DNA from: Calditrichia bacterium
Lineage (GTDB): Bacteria > Calditrichota > Calditrichia > RBG-13-44-9 > J075
NCBI GenBank assembly: GCA_028284905.1
Contig: JANQQU010000060.1
Span: 147,226 to 211,225 of the forward strand
Length of the DNA: 64,000 bases
Direction: 5' to 3'
Shown: positions 19,933-30,240 of the stretch, piece after piece
Position numbering within the stretch: position 1 is the first letter of the stretch
Layout: every line of letters begins with the position of its first letter
Position numbers and translations under genes: made by a program
The notes under the pieces: model-generated
What the model was told of the DNA's origin: nothing
Databases searched by the model: none
Seen by the model: the letters and a program-made list of their open reading frames with translations, nothing else

Positions 19933-20472
19933 ATGGCAGAATACGCGTCCTATAGTGATCCTGAGTTGGTAAATGCTATTCGGGAGAACAACACAATAGC
20001 ATTTAAAACATTATACTTCCGCTATTATGAGAAACTGTTCTATTTCGTCTGGTTTCGCATTCGTAATGAGGAATTAGCTAAAGATATTGTCCAGGAGCTT
20101 TTTTCCCGCGTTTGGAATAATCGGGGCTCTTTGGATGCGTCAAAATCTATCAAAGCTTACCTTTATCGCATTGCCAGCAATCTGGTAATAAACAATCTTC
20201 AGAAACAAACTGTAGAGCGAAAATACTTAAAAGAATTACCCCCGGAAAAGTTCGTTACGACTCCCAACGAAAATTTTGATCTGCAGGAAAAGATTCGTGA
20301 AGCGATCAATGCGCTACCGGAAAAAGCGCAGACAGTTTTTATACTGCACCGCTATGAAGGTTTTACCTATGCGGAAATTGCCCGTAGTCTGGAAATTTCC
20401 ATTAAAACGGTAGAGAAGCGGATGAGCCATGCATTAAGATTGCTTCGCGACTCGCTGGCACCGTTCCGATAA
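19933..20472 (+). CDS. ECF (sigma-70 family, group 4) RNA polymerase sigma factor.
   Basis: 179 aa with region 2 ('YFRYYEKLFYFVWFRIRNEELAKDIVQELF') and region 4 ('ILHRYEGFTYAEIARSLEISIKTVEKRMSHA'). Confidence 0.85.
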   Translation: MAEYASYSDPELVNAIRENNTIAFKTLYFRYYEKLFYFVWFRIRNEELAKDIVQELFSRVWNNRGSLDASKSIKAYLYRIASNLVINNLQKQTVERKYLKELPPEKFVTTPNENFDLQEKIREAINALPEKAQTVFILHRYEGFTYAEIARSLEISIKTVEKRMSHALRLLRDSLAPFR

Positions 20473-20601
20473 CGAAGCTTATACGCCTGATAAAACCGAA
20501 AGAAATAATATTTTTTAATTTTAGGGAGGGATTTAAATTGCTAATCGGTATTGATAATGAAGCATAGAAACAATTGATCTTTAGAATGTTGTTAGGAGAG
20601 A

Positions 20602-21621
20602 ATGATGGAAGGAATGGAGGACTTTCAAATCCTGACCCGGATTTTTTCCGGGGAAATTTCCCTATCGGAGCAAAAGAAAATTGATGAGTGGTTAGCTGCC
20701 TCACCGGCAAATCGCGAACTGTATGACACTGTAAAACAGATTCTGGACAATGCAGTGCCTGGCGAACGTCCGTCATTGCCAGACGTTGAACAGGAATGGC
20801 GATCGCTGGCCAATAATCTGAATCTCGCTTTAGCAGAAACGCCTACACGGCAACCTGTCCCGGACAGACGGCGGACGCACTTTTTTCGGGACCTCTTTAC
20901 TTTTCAATGGCAGCCGGCAATTAACTTTGCGGTTGTTTGCCTACTTGCTGTTGGTGCTTTCTTAGTTTGGCAAAGCACTGCTACACCGGCGTTGCTTACA
21001 CTGGAAACCCCTGCCGGTAGTCAAGAACAGATTACTTTGTCAGATGGGTCGACAGTCTATCTAAACCATGAAAGTCAATTAGCCTATCCCGAGAGTTTTT
21101 CCGGGGATGAACGCATCGTTCATCTGAAAGGTGAAGCATTCTTCGATATTGCGTCATCGGTTGATCGACCGTTTATTGTGCAGACAGACGAATCACAAAC
21201 GACAGTACTCGGCACCCGGTTTAACATCTGGAGCAGAGACCAGCGGACGCGCATCGCTGTCGAAGAAGGCAAAGTCAAATTTGAGAATGAAAACGATTCA
21301 ATTGTATTAGTCGATGGAGAAGGCAGTATTTCCGCAAACAATAGCCTTCATCCAAAGATCAGCATCGACAGCGGTACTATAGGCAGTTGGCGAAACAATC
21401 AACTTTCCTTTTATTTTGCAACTTTGCCGGAAATATCCGGCGAATTGAAGCGGGTATTCAACAAGCAAGTTCGATTAGAAGTTACGGCACCGGAAACTTT
21501 TATCCTTACCGGCGAGTTTGAGAAGAGTTCATTGGAAACAGTGCTTTCTTCGATATCTCTGGCACTAAACCTTGAATACCGGATGGATGGTGATTATATT
21601 GTTTTCTTTCAACAAGAATGA
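20602..21621 (+). CDS. FecR-family anti-sigma factor / transmembrane sensor.
   Basis: A single TM segment after the N-terminal cytoplasmic part. The FecR domain ('ITLSDGSTVYLNHESQLAYP...GEAFFDIA') lies directly after the ECF sigma gene. Confidence 0.8.
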   Translation: MMEGMEDFQILTRIFSGEISLSEQKKIDEWLAASPANRELYDTVKQILDNAVPGERPSLPDVEQEWRSLANNLNLALAETPTRQPVPDRRRTHFFRDLFTFQWQPAINFAVVCLLAVGAFLVWQSTATPALLTLETPAGSQEQITLSDGSTVYLNHESQLAYPESFSGDERIVHLKGEAFFDIASSVDRPFIVQTDESQTTVLGTRFNIWSRDQRTRIAVEEGKVKFENENDSIVLVDGEGSISANNSLHPKISIDSGTIGSWRNNQLSFYFATLPEISGELKRVFNKQVRLEVTAPETFILTGEFEKSSLETVLSSISLALNLEYRMDGDYIVFFQQE

Positions 21622-21629
21622 GATAACGA

Positions 21630-24275
21630 ATGCTAAGAGCCCCGGGCTACAAAACACTTTATATTCTGCTTCTGGGGCTCTTCTTCCAAACTTGTATTTT
21701 TGCCCAAACCACACTGTTTGACAGCACTTTTGTTACCGCCAAATTTAATAAAACCCCGCTACACGAAGCACTCCAGGAACTCCAGGGTCAAATCCCTTAT
21801 AATTTCGTCTACAGCAATCGATTAGTTGAGAATATCGTTGTAGACAGCGACTTTGATAATGCCCCTTTGCCACTGGTTCTGAACAGCTTATTCCGCGGCA
21901 CACCAATCCTCCACAAAGTTTTGAACAAACAGATCATCCTGGTTGAAAAGCCGCTGACAACTCAAAATTATGATGTGAAAGGATATGTATTTGATGCGGT
22001 AAGCAAAGAACCGCTACCCTATGCAAACATCTACCTTTCAGATTCCCGAATCGGTGCAACTTCGAATACGGAAGGGTATTTCATTCTCTTGAATATTCCA
22101 GCCGGCCTGCAAGAGCTCACAATAGAATATATTGGTTACAAAACACAACTATTCGACCTCAATGTGGCAGTTCCTCCCCCGTTACTAACGATAGAAATGC
22201 AGCCGAACCTCATCCGTGGTCAGGATGTTACCATAACCGAAAAGAATTCTGCAAACATCCAACTAAGCGGTCCGGACAGGGAATTACGACTTTCTCCGCG
22301 GGCATTGTTTAAAATACCGGCGGTTGGTGATGAGGACATATTTCGGGCCCTGCAACTATTACCGGGCATCAAAACATCCGGCGACGGTTCTTCCGGACTG
22401 CATATCCGCGGTGGTACACCAGATCAGAACCTGATACTTTTTGATGGCATGACCATTTATCATACTGACCATTTTCTGGGATTTCTAAGTGCATTTAATA
22501 CTGCTGCAATTAAGGATGTCCGGGTATTTCGGGGAGGATTCCCGGCAAAATACGGCGGGCGGACTTCCGGGGTAATAGAATTAACCGGCAAGGCAGGGAA
22601 TCCCGAAAAGTTTAACGGCAGCATTGGTTTCAATTTGCTGAGTGCGAATTCCCATGCGACGATTCCGATTGCAGGGAAGGGCGCCCTGTCGCTTTCTTTC
22701 CGCCGGGCCTATACAGATATCGTTAAATCCGGTGCTTATAATAATATCGTCGGATTATTTTTCAATGAAGACAATGATGCTGCAACAACTTACAGTAACA
22801 ATGGAGAATTAATTTCTCTTTCCCCAAAGATGTATTTCTATGATTTTAACAGCAAGTTATCCTTCTCGCCAACTCGCTCGGATAACATTGCTATCAGTTT
22901 CTATAGCGGCCGGGATAACTTAAACATCTCGGAGACTGTCAGCATCTTAAGTAATATCAGCGATACAACGTCAACGATTTTAGATATTAATGAACGCATC
23001 AAATGGGGGAATGTCGGTTACAGCTTGAAATGGTCCCGCATTTGGAATCCCCGGTTCTACACCAATTTTATCGCGGCTCGCTCAGAATTTATCAGCCGCT
23101 TCAATGAAGATCTTCTTGTAGATGGCGCTGACAGCACCTCAATTCCGATTTCATTTCGTGATGACAATAAGGTAGAAAGCAGAAACCTGACAATCGACAA
23201 CGATTGGCATATTTCCACGAACAACCGGCTCGGATTTGGCATATCTCTCAACTGGTCCGGCATTGATTATGACTATACTCAGAGCGATACGCTGAATGTG
23301 CTAGAGGAAAGGTTGTCTGCTTTTCAAGGCGATTTTTACGTACAAAGTAACCTTAATTTTTGGCAGCGCCTTGATTTAAACCTGGGCGTTCGTTCTACCT
23401 TTTATGAACTTCAGGAGAAATTTTATTGGGAACCCCGACTTTCTTTTGTATATTCTATTTTGCCCAGCTTCACATTTCAGGGTAGTTGGGGTTTGTATCA
23501 TCAGTTCGTCAAGAACATTGTTAACGATGATCTTTTACAAAGGAGACAGGGATTCTGGTTACCGGCGGACGCCTCATTAACGCCGGAGTTCGCCAGACAT
23601 TTTAGTGCAGGGTTAGGTTACGAGACGGAACAATACCATATTGCCGTAGATGGATATTATCGCAATATGACCGGGCTGCATCGTTTTTCATTGCAGTTTG
23701 TCGAAAATGACAGCGATTTTGATCGGCCGGAATTATTTCTACAAGGCAATGCGGAAGCAAAAGGTATTGAATTTTTTGCCCAAAGGAAGGGGCAGCATTT
23801 TTCCGGATGGGCCAGTTATACAATCTCGAAAACATCGAACCGTTTCCCCACTTTAAATGATGGCAACCCATTTCCCGCAAACAATGATCAGAAGTATGAG
23901 TTTAAAGTTGCCGGCCAATATCTATATCGCAACTGGCATTTTGGCGCAAACTGGGTTTTTGCCTCCGGGCGCCCACACAACGCCCCGGAAAGCCAATATC
24001 TGATCGCTTACCTTGATGGCACCGTACGCCGCAATTTTTACCTGGGAGAGCTAAACGGTGACCGTCTGGCTGATTACCATCGACTCGATCTCAGCGTTTT
24101 CTATCGGATTGAAAAGCAGTCGCCGAAAGCTGAAATCGGATTGTCAGTGTTTAATGTTTACAATCGCAGCAACACCTGGTTTCGCAAATACAACTTATTC
24201 ACGACACCAGTTAGCGTCAGGAACATTAACATGCTCGGTATAACGCCAAATGTCTCTTTCAAACTGTTTTTTTAA
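21630..24275 (+). CDS. TonB-dependent outer-membrane receptor/transducer: STN signalling domain + CarbopepD_reg-like domain + plug + beta-barrel (SusC-like).
   Basis: Signal peptide. STN-like 'TPLHEALQELQGQIPYNFVYS'. CarbopepD-like 'VKGYVFDAVSKEPLPYANIYL'. Plug 'DGMTIYHTDHFLGF...FRGGFPAKYGGRTSGVIEL'. C-terminal aromatic 'KLFF'. Confidence 0.85.
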   Translation: MLRAPGYKTLYILLLGLFFQTCIFAQTTLFDSTFVTAKFNKTPLHEALQELQGQIPYNFVYSNRLVENIVVDSDFDNAPLPLVLNSLFRGTPILHKVLNKQIILVEKPLTTQNYDVKGYVFDAVSKEPLPYANIYLSDSRIGATSNTEGYFILLNIPAGLQELTIEYIGYKTQLFDLNVAVPPPLLTIEMQPNLIRGQDVTITEKNSANIQLSGPDRELRLSPRALFKIPAVGDEDIFRALQLLPGIKTSGDGSSGLHIRGGTPDQNLILFDGMTIYHTDHFLGFLSAFNTAAIKDVRVFRGGFPAKYGGRTSGVIELTGKAGNPEKFNGSIGFNLLSANSHATIPIAGKGALSLSFRRAYTDIVKSGAYNNIVGLFFNEDNDAATTYSNNGELISLSPKMYFYDFNSKLSFSPTRSDNIAISFYSGRDNLNISETVSILSNISDTTSTILDINERIKWGNVGYSLKWSRIWNPRFYTNFIAARSEFISRFNEDLLVDGADSTSIPISFRDDNKVESRNLTIDNDWHISTNNRLGFGISLNWSGIDYDYTQSDTLNVLEERLSAFQGDFYVQSNLNFWQRLDLNLGVRSTFYELQEKFYWEPRLSFVYSILPSFTFQGSWGLYHQFVKNIVNDDLLQRRQGFWLPADASLTPEFARHFSAGLGYETEQYHIAVDGYYRNMTGLHRFSLQFVENDSDFDRPELFLQGNAEAKGIEFFAQRKGQHFSGWASYTISKTSNRFPTLNDGNPFPANNDQKYEFKVAGQYLYRNWHFGANWVFASGRPHNAPESQYLIAYLDGTVRRNFYLGELNGDRLADYHRLDLSVFYRIEKQSPKAEIGLSVFNVYNRSNTWFRKYNLFTTPVSVRNINMLGITPNVSFKLFF

Positions 24276-24344
24276 GTACGCGCAGTCATGCATTTTTGCA
24301 GTAACGTTTATCTATGTGAATTTTATCTTAAAATAGGCACAAAT

Positions 24345-25247
24345 ATGAAACCAGCGTTACTTTCGATTATTTTTCTGGCATTCGCCCTCTCATCCTGTAC
24401 AGAGAACACACCTCTAAGTATGGAATCTTCCCAACAAGTTGTCGTTCAGGGTTACCTCGTTGCAGGTGAACCGGTTAAGAACATTCAACTGAGTACAACT
24501 TTCTCCTTGTTTTCCCAGGATAGTATTGCGCCGCCGATAAATGATGCAAAAGTGTCCCTGGTCCGTGATGGCGTTAAATATGAGCTGGTCAACTCCAATG
24601 CTGAAGGCTATTATCATTATCCTGCGGAAGATCTTGATGTAAACATTGGCGATGTTTTTCATCTTGAAATTCTCTCTTTCGGTAAGGTTATCACTGCGAA
24701 AACCATTGTTCCGGAAATTCCGGAAGGCATTGAACAGGATGAAACGCTGCTTCTCATAACCCAGGACAACGCTGTCAATTCCGAGATTAATATCAACTGG
24801 CGATCCCAATCAAGCGGTGAATGGTTTCACCTCGTCATCATAGAAAATCTTGATCAAAATCCGGGAGAAATTACCCGCGATGCTTCCAATCCTCCTTCAT
24901 TAACACAACAAGGTGTTTTTATCGATGCAGCCGATGCACTGAACACCTTACCATTCAACAATGGTAAAAGTATCGCCCGGCAGCCAATAGTTGAGCGCCC
25001 GGAGGTGTTTATCTCCTACCCTATCTCTAAAACAACATTCAATGTTACTTCACAGGAATTAACCCATACCGGCAAACACTACTCGAGGATCTATCGAGTG
25101 AATCAGGAATATGCCGACCTCTATGTATCACAACAGCAGGATGTGCACAATTTAAACGAGACTTTGTCCAACATCAACAATGGCCTGGGCATATTTACTG
25201 CTTTCAGTGCCAGCGACAGCCTTTTCTTCCGGGTTCGCCAAAAGTAA
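24345..25247 (+). CDS. Lipoprotein of unknown function (DUF4249-like partner of SusC/FecR loci).
   Basis: The start is taken at the internal ATG, giving 'MKPALLSIIFLAFALSSC', a lipobox with Cys at +1. It sits directly downstream of the TonB receptor. Confidence 0.55.
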   Translation: MKPALLSIIFLAFALSSCTENTPLSMESSQQVVVQGYLVAGEPVKNIQLSTTFSLFSQDSIAPPINDAKVSLVRDGVKYELVNSNAEGYYHYPAEDLDVNIGDVFHLEILSFGKVITAKTIVPEIPEGIEQDETLLLITQDNAVNSEININWRSQSSGEWFHLVIIENLDQNPGEITRDASNPPSLTQQGVFIDAADALNTLPFNNGKSIARQPIVERPEVFISYPISKTTFNVTSQELTHTGKHYSRIYRVNQEYADLYVSQQQDVHNLNETLSNINNGLGIFTAFSASDSLFFRVRQK

Positions 25248-25426
25248 ATTCAAAAAACCTTCCTTTATAGATGAGGCCACGGTCTCATCTTCTCTGCTTA
25301 ATTTTACATTCTTTGTCAGTTCTTAGGGTATACTCTTCATCAACGGTAATACTTGTATACTTATTTGACACGAACCGTTCGAGCAGCGGCGATAGTTCAC
25401 TATATGGCTAATTGAAAGGATGTAAA

Positions 25427-28400
25427 ATGAAGCAGGCATTACGGAGTATTTTAATATTTCTTGTTTTACTCTTAACCAGTTTTGCTTATGGACAAAAACC
25501 TGAAAGCAACAAGTTATTGGAAATCATTCCTAATGAGAAGGAAGCACATTACCGGTTCGAAAATATGCGGATCAGCAAAGAAACCGGTGCTCCTCTGGCA
25601 TTGTATCATGTCAATTATACAATCAAGGAAAAGGTTTATTCCCCGGAAGAAATGGCCCGGATCTATCTTCGAAATAATGCCGCGCTTCTCCAAATAGACC
25701 CGCAACTCGACAACATCGTCCATCGCATTACCCGGGAGACTCCCGGCGGATATCATGTGCGATTTTATCAAACAGAACAGGGATTTCCGGTTTATGGTAG
25801 CAGCATCGTCGTGAACATCGACCGCAAACAAACGGTCAACCTGGTAATGAACAGCGTCAAGCCAAGAATAAATCTTAGAAATCCACATTCCGAAAAAACG
25901 ACTACAGAGGCATTACAAATTGCTCAGAATTACCTTTCCGTTGATGAAACACCCTACCTGGAGAAGACGGAAACTGTCGCCTATTACAATGCCGGAGAGA
26001 GCCGTTTGGCACATAAAATCCTGCTTGGCCTTACCAAAACCAATCGCGGTGAATGGGAAGTACTTGTAGATGCACATAGCGGTGAAATTTTCCGGGTATT
26101 TGATCAGACACTATATCAAGGCGGCCACGAAGAGAATGTTGATGGCAGCGGCTGGGTTTTTGATCCTGATCCACTGACAACTTCCGGCGCTTCTTATGGC
26201 GGTGCATTTGGCGACAACAATGACGGCGATACTGATGAATTAACCGCTCAGCTTGTTCAGGTTACACTCCCGGACATTACTTTTGATGGATCCACCTATG
26301 AATTAACCGGTCCGTATGCAGAAATTGTCGACTGGGATGGCCCTTTTAAAGGCACATTTAGCCAGGACAGCAGTAACTGGCATTTTACCAGAAGTAACGA
26401 TGCGTTCGAAGCAGCCAATGTTTATTATCATATTGATCATTCCATGCGTTACATAAATGAGACACTGGGTTTCAACTTGCAGCCTTATCAGTATTCCGGT
26501 GGTGTTCAGGTCGATCCACATGGCTGGAATGGCGCTGACAACTCTTCCTATTCTCCCGGCAGCGGACGCCTGACTTTTGGCGAAGGTGGTGTGGACGATG
26601 CTGAAGATGCGGACGTAGTATTACATGAATTAGGACACGGACTGCACGATTGGCTGACGGCGGGAGGACTTTCCCAGGTAGACGGACTCAGTGAAGGCTG
26701 TGGAGACTACTGGGCTTCTTCTTATAATCGCAGCAAAGGGTTTTGGACGCCTTCCGACCCGGAATATTATTGGATGTTTCACTGGGATGGGCACAATCCT
26801 TTCTGGGGCGGCAGAATTATTAATTATAATGCAAACTATCCGAGCGGACTCAGTGGTGGCATCCACACCGATGGGCAGATGTGGGCAAGCACCTTGATGT
26901 CCATTTATGATGAAATCGGTCGGGAAGCCACCGACTTGAACTTTCTTGAAGGCCTTGCGATGACGAATGGTTCTTCAAGCCAAGAAGATGCTGCCCAGGC
27001 ATTTATTCAGGCAGACCTGGATTTGAATGGTGGTGTGAATCTTACTGCTATTGAGTTCTGGTTCACCCAGCGCGGATATGACGTGACTGTTCCCACCCCG
27101 AACATCGGCCATACACCGCTTAGCGATACTGAGAACGTCGATGGACCTTACAGTGTTCGCGCGAATATTACCGCTGCCTTTCCTCTGGAAACTGTTCAGT
27201 TGATTTATGGTACGGACGAAAGCTTCACCGATACGCTGGACATGGTATTTGAAGGTGAAAACAGCTATGCGGCAGACATTCCCGGCACTGGTTCTCCTGC
27301 AAATTATGTTTATTACATCCTTGCTGCGGATTCCGCGGATCTTGCCAGCACCTTGCCCGCTGGTGCGCCCGTAAACTATTACGGTTTCTCCACCGGTGCC
27401 GATGCCACACCGCCGGTAATATCTCACACGGCACTCGCCGGTGTCAGCCTTTTTAGTCTGCCGGTTGATGTCTCCGCGATTGTCACCGACAATATCGGCG
27501 TTGACAGCGTATGGGTAGAATATCAGATTGAAGATAATCCACTGGAAGCATTTACCATGGATCAAGGCAGTGGCGATGTTTTTACCGGCACGATGGACTT
27601 AGACAGTAGCCTGGTGATGATCGGCGATGAAATTTCCTATCGTATTTGGGCAGTGGATCTATCCACGCTGCAGAACACCGCTGTGCTACCTGCGGATACC
27701 GGTTTTTATACGTTTACCATTCAAAACGTTTTGACGACGACGCGAGTATCTCAAATCCCGATTCCCGATGATAATCCAACCGGCATCACGGACACATTCA
27801 CAGTGAATGTTCCTGAGGGGCAAATTATTGGCGACATAGATTTCATATTCAAAGCTCAGCACAGCTGGGTTGGTGATCTGATTGTCGAATTAACGAATCC
27901 CACCGGCGTTACCTTGCGCTTAATAGACCGTCCCGGCTTACCGGCCAGCCAGTTTGGCAGCTCGGCTAACGATCCCGATGTCATCCTCGATGATGCAGCC
28001 GAAACCAGTATTGAAGACATCAGCTTCGGTGGTAATGATCCGGTTATCGGCACTTTTCGTCCTTCACCGGATGTCCTCTCGGATTTAAATGGCACTGAAG
28101 CCGGAGGCACCTGGTCGATCATGGTTTCGGACAACGAAGGTCAGGATACCGGCGCCTTGCAGGAATGGGGCTTCATTCTTTCACTGGAAGCCGTAACCGG
28201 TATCGGCGATGACAACAATTTGGATTTACCGCAGGCTTTCCAACTGCATGAGAATTATCCCAATCCTTTCAACCCATCCACCACTTTACGGTATGATCTG
28301 AAAGAATCGGTGAATGTCCAGCTAACAGTGTACAATATCCTCGGTCAGCAAGTACGTACCCTGGTAAACGGCGCACAAACAGCTGGCCGGCAAAGCATTA

Positions 28401-28510
28401 ACTGGGATGGCCGGGACGATTTGGGACAGCAGGTTTCCAGCGGTATTTACATCTATCGTTTACAAGCCGGGGACTTTGTTCAGTCCCGTAAAATGATGTT
28501 GATGAAGTAA
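25427..28510 (+). CDS. Secreted multidomain HExxH zinc metallopeptidase with a P-domain-like module and a T9SS type-A C-terminal sorting domain.
   Basis: Signal peptide 'MKQALRSILIFLVLLLTSFAYG'. Zinc motif 'VVLHELGHGLHDW'. C-terminal 'LHENYPNPFNPSTTLRYDL...GIYIYRLQAGDFVQSRKMMLMK' is the T9SS CTD. Confidence 0.7.
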   Translation: MKQALRSILIFLVLLLTSFAYGQKPESNKLLEIIPNEKEAHYRFENMRISKETGAPLALYHVNYTIKEKVYSPEEMARIYLRNNAALLQIDPQLDNIVHRITRETPGGYHVRFYQTEQGFPVYGSSIVVNIDRKQTVNLVMNSVKPRINLRNPHSEKTTTEALQIAQNYLSVDETPYLEKTETVAYYNAGESRLAHKILLGLTKTNRGEWEVLVDAHSGEIFRVFDQTLYQGGHEENVDGSGWVFDPDPLTTSGASYGGAFGDNNDGDTDELTAQLVQVTLPDITFDGSTYELTGPYAEIVDWDGPFKGTFSQDSSNWHFTRSNDAFEAANVYYHIDHSMRYINETLGFNLQPYQYSGGVQVDPHGWNGADNSSYSPGSGRLTFGEGGVDDAEDADVVLHELGHGLHDWLTAGGLSQVDGLSEGCGDYWASSYNRSKGFWTPSDPEYYWMFHWDGHNPFWGGRIINYNANYPSGLSGGIHTDGQMWASTLMSIYDEIGREATDLNFLEGLAMTNGSSSQEDAAQAFIQADLDLNGGVNLTAIEFWFTQRGYDVTVPTPNIGHTPLSDTENVDGPYSVRANITAAFPLETVQLIYGTDESFTDTLDMVFEGENSYAADIPGTGSPANYVYYILAADSADLASTLPAGAPVNYYGFSTGADATPPVISHTALAGVSLFSLPVDVSAIVTDNIGVDSVWVEYQIEDNPLEAFTMDQGSGDVFTGTMDLDSSLVMIGDEISYRIWAVDLSTLQNTAVLPADTGFYTFTIQNVLTTTRVSQIPIPDDNPTGITDTFTVNVPEGQIIGDIDFIFKAQHSWVGDLIVELTNPTGVTLRLIDRPGLPASQFGSSANDPDVILDDAAETSIEDISFGGNDPVIGTFRPSPDVLSDLNGTEAGGTWSIMVSDNEGQDTGALQEWGFILSLEAVTGIGDDNNLDLPQAFQLHENYPNPFNPSTTLRYDLKESVNVQLTVYNILGQQVRTLVNGAQTAGRQSINWDGRDDLGQQVSSGIYIYRLQAGDFVQSRKMMLMK

Positions 28511-28543
28511 TCAGATTTAATCATACTTTTTCTTAGCACAAAA

Positions 28544-28577
28544 ACAGCCTCGATGATCATTGAGGCTGTTTTTTTAT
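28544..28577 (+). terminator. Rho-independent terminator after the metallopeptidase gene.
   Basis: An ~11-13 bp stem ('acagcctcgatga/tcattgaggctgt') followed by a T-run of at least 7. Confidence 0.7.
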
Positions 28578-28712
28578 ATCTGCCCGGTAGAAAAGACAGA
28601 GGATTTAGCTGTGAATCGTTGCGCTATCTCACGAAGCGTTTTATCTTATTGCCCTATAATGCGAGCGCAAAAGCGAATACGAGATTTTAATGATATAGCC
28701 CCAGGAGAAGAG

Positions 28713-29699
28713 ATGAATTTGCAAACAGAATTGAACGTTGCCATAGAAGCGGTGAAAAAGGCAGCCCAGTTAACGAAGAATGTGCAGGATAATCTGATCG
28801 CTGCAGACTCGGTGGAGAAGAAAGACCGCTCTCCGGTAACAATTGCGGACTTAGGGACTCAGGCATTGGTCAACATAGCAGTTCGGGCAGCTTTCCCGGA
28901 CGATGCATTAATCGGTGAGGAAGATAGCAACATTTTAAAAGAGAATGCTGACTTGCGTGCGAAAGTAATGGCACTAGTTGCGGGAGAAATTCCCGGTACC
29001 ACAGAATCTACAATGCTTGAGGCAATAGATATGGGCGCCGGCGAGACAGACTATCAAAAACGCTATTGGACACTGGATCCCATTGATGGCACAAAGGGAT
29101 TTATGCGTGGCGATCAATATGCAATTGCCCTGGCATTAGTTGTAGATGGGAAAGTTCAGCTTGGCGTTCTCGGCTGCCCAAACTATCCGCTGGAAACTGC
29201 TGACCCGTCAAAGAAAGGTGCTATTTTTTATGCCGTGGCAGGTGAAGGCGCTTTTGAACTGCCGCTAAACACCGACACACCTAAAAGAATTCGCGTTGAT
29301 GGACATAAGGATGGCGAACATGCCCGCTTCTGTGAGTCTGTGGAAGCTGCCCACGCGGACCATGATACCCATGCGGCCATCTCCCAACATGTCGGCATTA
29401 CCGCCGAGCCCTACCGAATTGACAGTCAATGTAAATACGCTGCCGTTGCCCGTGGAGACGCTTCCATCTACCTTCGCCTACCGCGCAGCCTAACTTATCG
29501 TGAGAAGATTTGGGACCATGCAGCCGGGGTGATTGTCGTTAAAGAAGCTGGCGGAAAAGTCAGTGACTTTAGCGGAAATGAACTAAATTTTGCACTCGGT
29601 CGCAAACTTGAAGATAACATTGGTATCTTAGCAACGAATGGTAGCTTGCATGCAAATGTGCTTTCTGCTATTTCCGAAACTGTCGCTTTAACAGAATAA
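28713..29699 (+). CDS. 3'(2'),5'-bisphosphate nucleotidase / inositol monophosphatase family (CysQ/HAL2-like PAP phosphatase).
   Basis: The start is taken at the internal ATG after a 'ggagaag' SD. Motifs 'WTLDPIDGTKGFMRG' and 'GEEDSN' are typical of the IMPase/PAP-phosphatase fold. Confidence 0.7.
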   Translation: MNLQTELNVAIEAVKKAAQLTKNVQDNLIAADSVEKKDRSPVTIADLGTQALVNIAVRAAFPDDALIGEEDSNILKENADLRAKVMALVAGEIPGTTESTMLEAIDMGAGETDYQKRYWTLDPIDGTKGFMRGDQYAIALALVVDGKVQLGVLGCPNYPLETADPSKKGAIFYAVAGEGAFELPLNTDTPKRIRVDGHKDGEHARFCESVEAAHADHDTHAAISQHVGITAEPYRIDSQCKYAAVARGDASIYLRLPRSLTYREKIWDHAAGVIVVKEAGGKVSDFSGNELNFALGRKLEDNIGILATNGSLHANVLSAISETVALTE

Positions 29700-29710
29700 T
29701 TTTTCAAAAT

Positions 29711-29748
29711 AACCGGAAGCTCTCGGAAGAACTTCCGGTTATTTTTCC
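29711..29748 (+). terminator. Intrinsic terminator after the PAP phosphatase gene.
   Basis: Stem 'aaccggaag...cttccggtt' followed by 'atttttcc'. Confidence 0.6.
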
Positions 29749-30240
29749 GAGCATTTCCTTCCCTACTCCAAACCATTATTTAAATACAACTTACCAATCG
29801 ACCCTACCGGCTCAAACTAACAATAGAATAATTTTCATTTAGCCATTTTACCCTTCCTTTTACTGCTGCTGTTTTGAGCAGGTACTAAAAAATTCACCAA
29901 TTATCGGGAACTAATTTTCACCCTTGTGAATTTCATAGATAGTTATTATTCGAATTTCTAATTGATTTTATGGGAAATCTGTCAACAATTAACGGCATAT
30001 AAATTTTGTATTATACTAGCTCCTTAAAGGCACCTACTCTACCAAAATCTGACCGACTGATTTGTGGTTCGAAGTATCACAAAACCATCACAAAATGATA
30101 CATTTTAAAATAGCAGTCAACTTTTTGGTATGAATTTCGCTATAAACTAAAACATCATATTTTTAATACATTCTTACAATCATGTGTGAAAAAAGTATTC
30201 AATCTCAACAAAGTACCATCCAACTTACGAGGGAGTTACA

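Noticed and set aside
30055-30100. tRNA-like 'tggttcgaag' T-loop-looking sequence in the AT-rich island, as a possible tRNA 3' fragment or att site.
   Set aside because: The flanking sequence does not give a 5-bp T-stem with a 7-nt loop, nor an acceptor stem or CCA context. No integrase is nearby.
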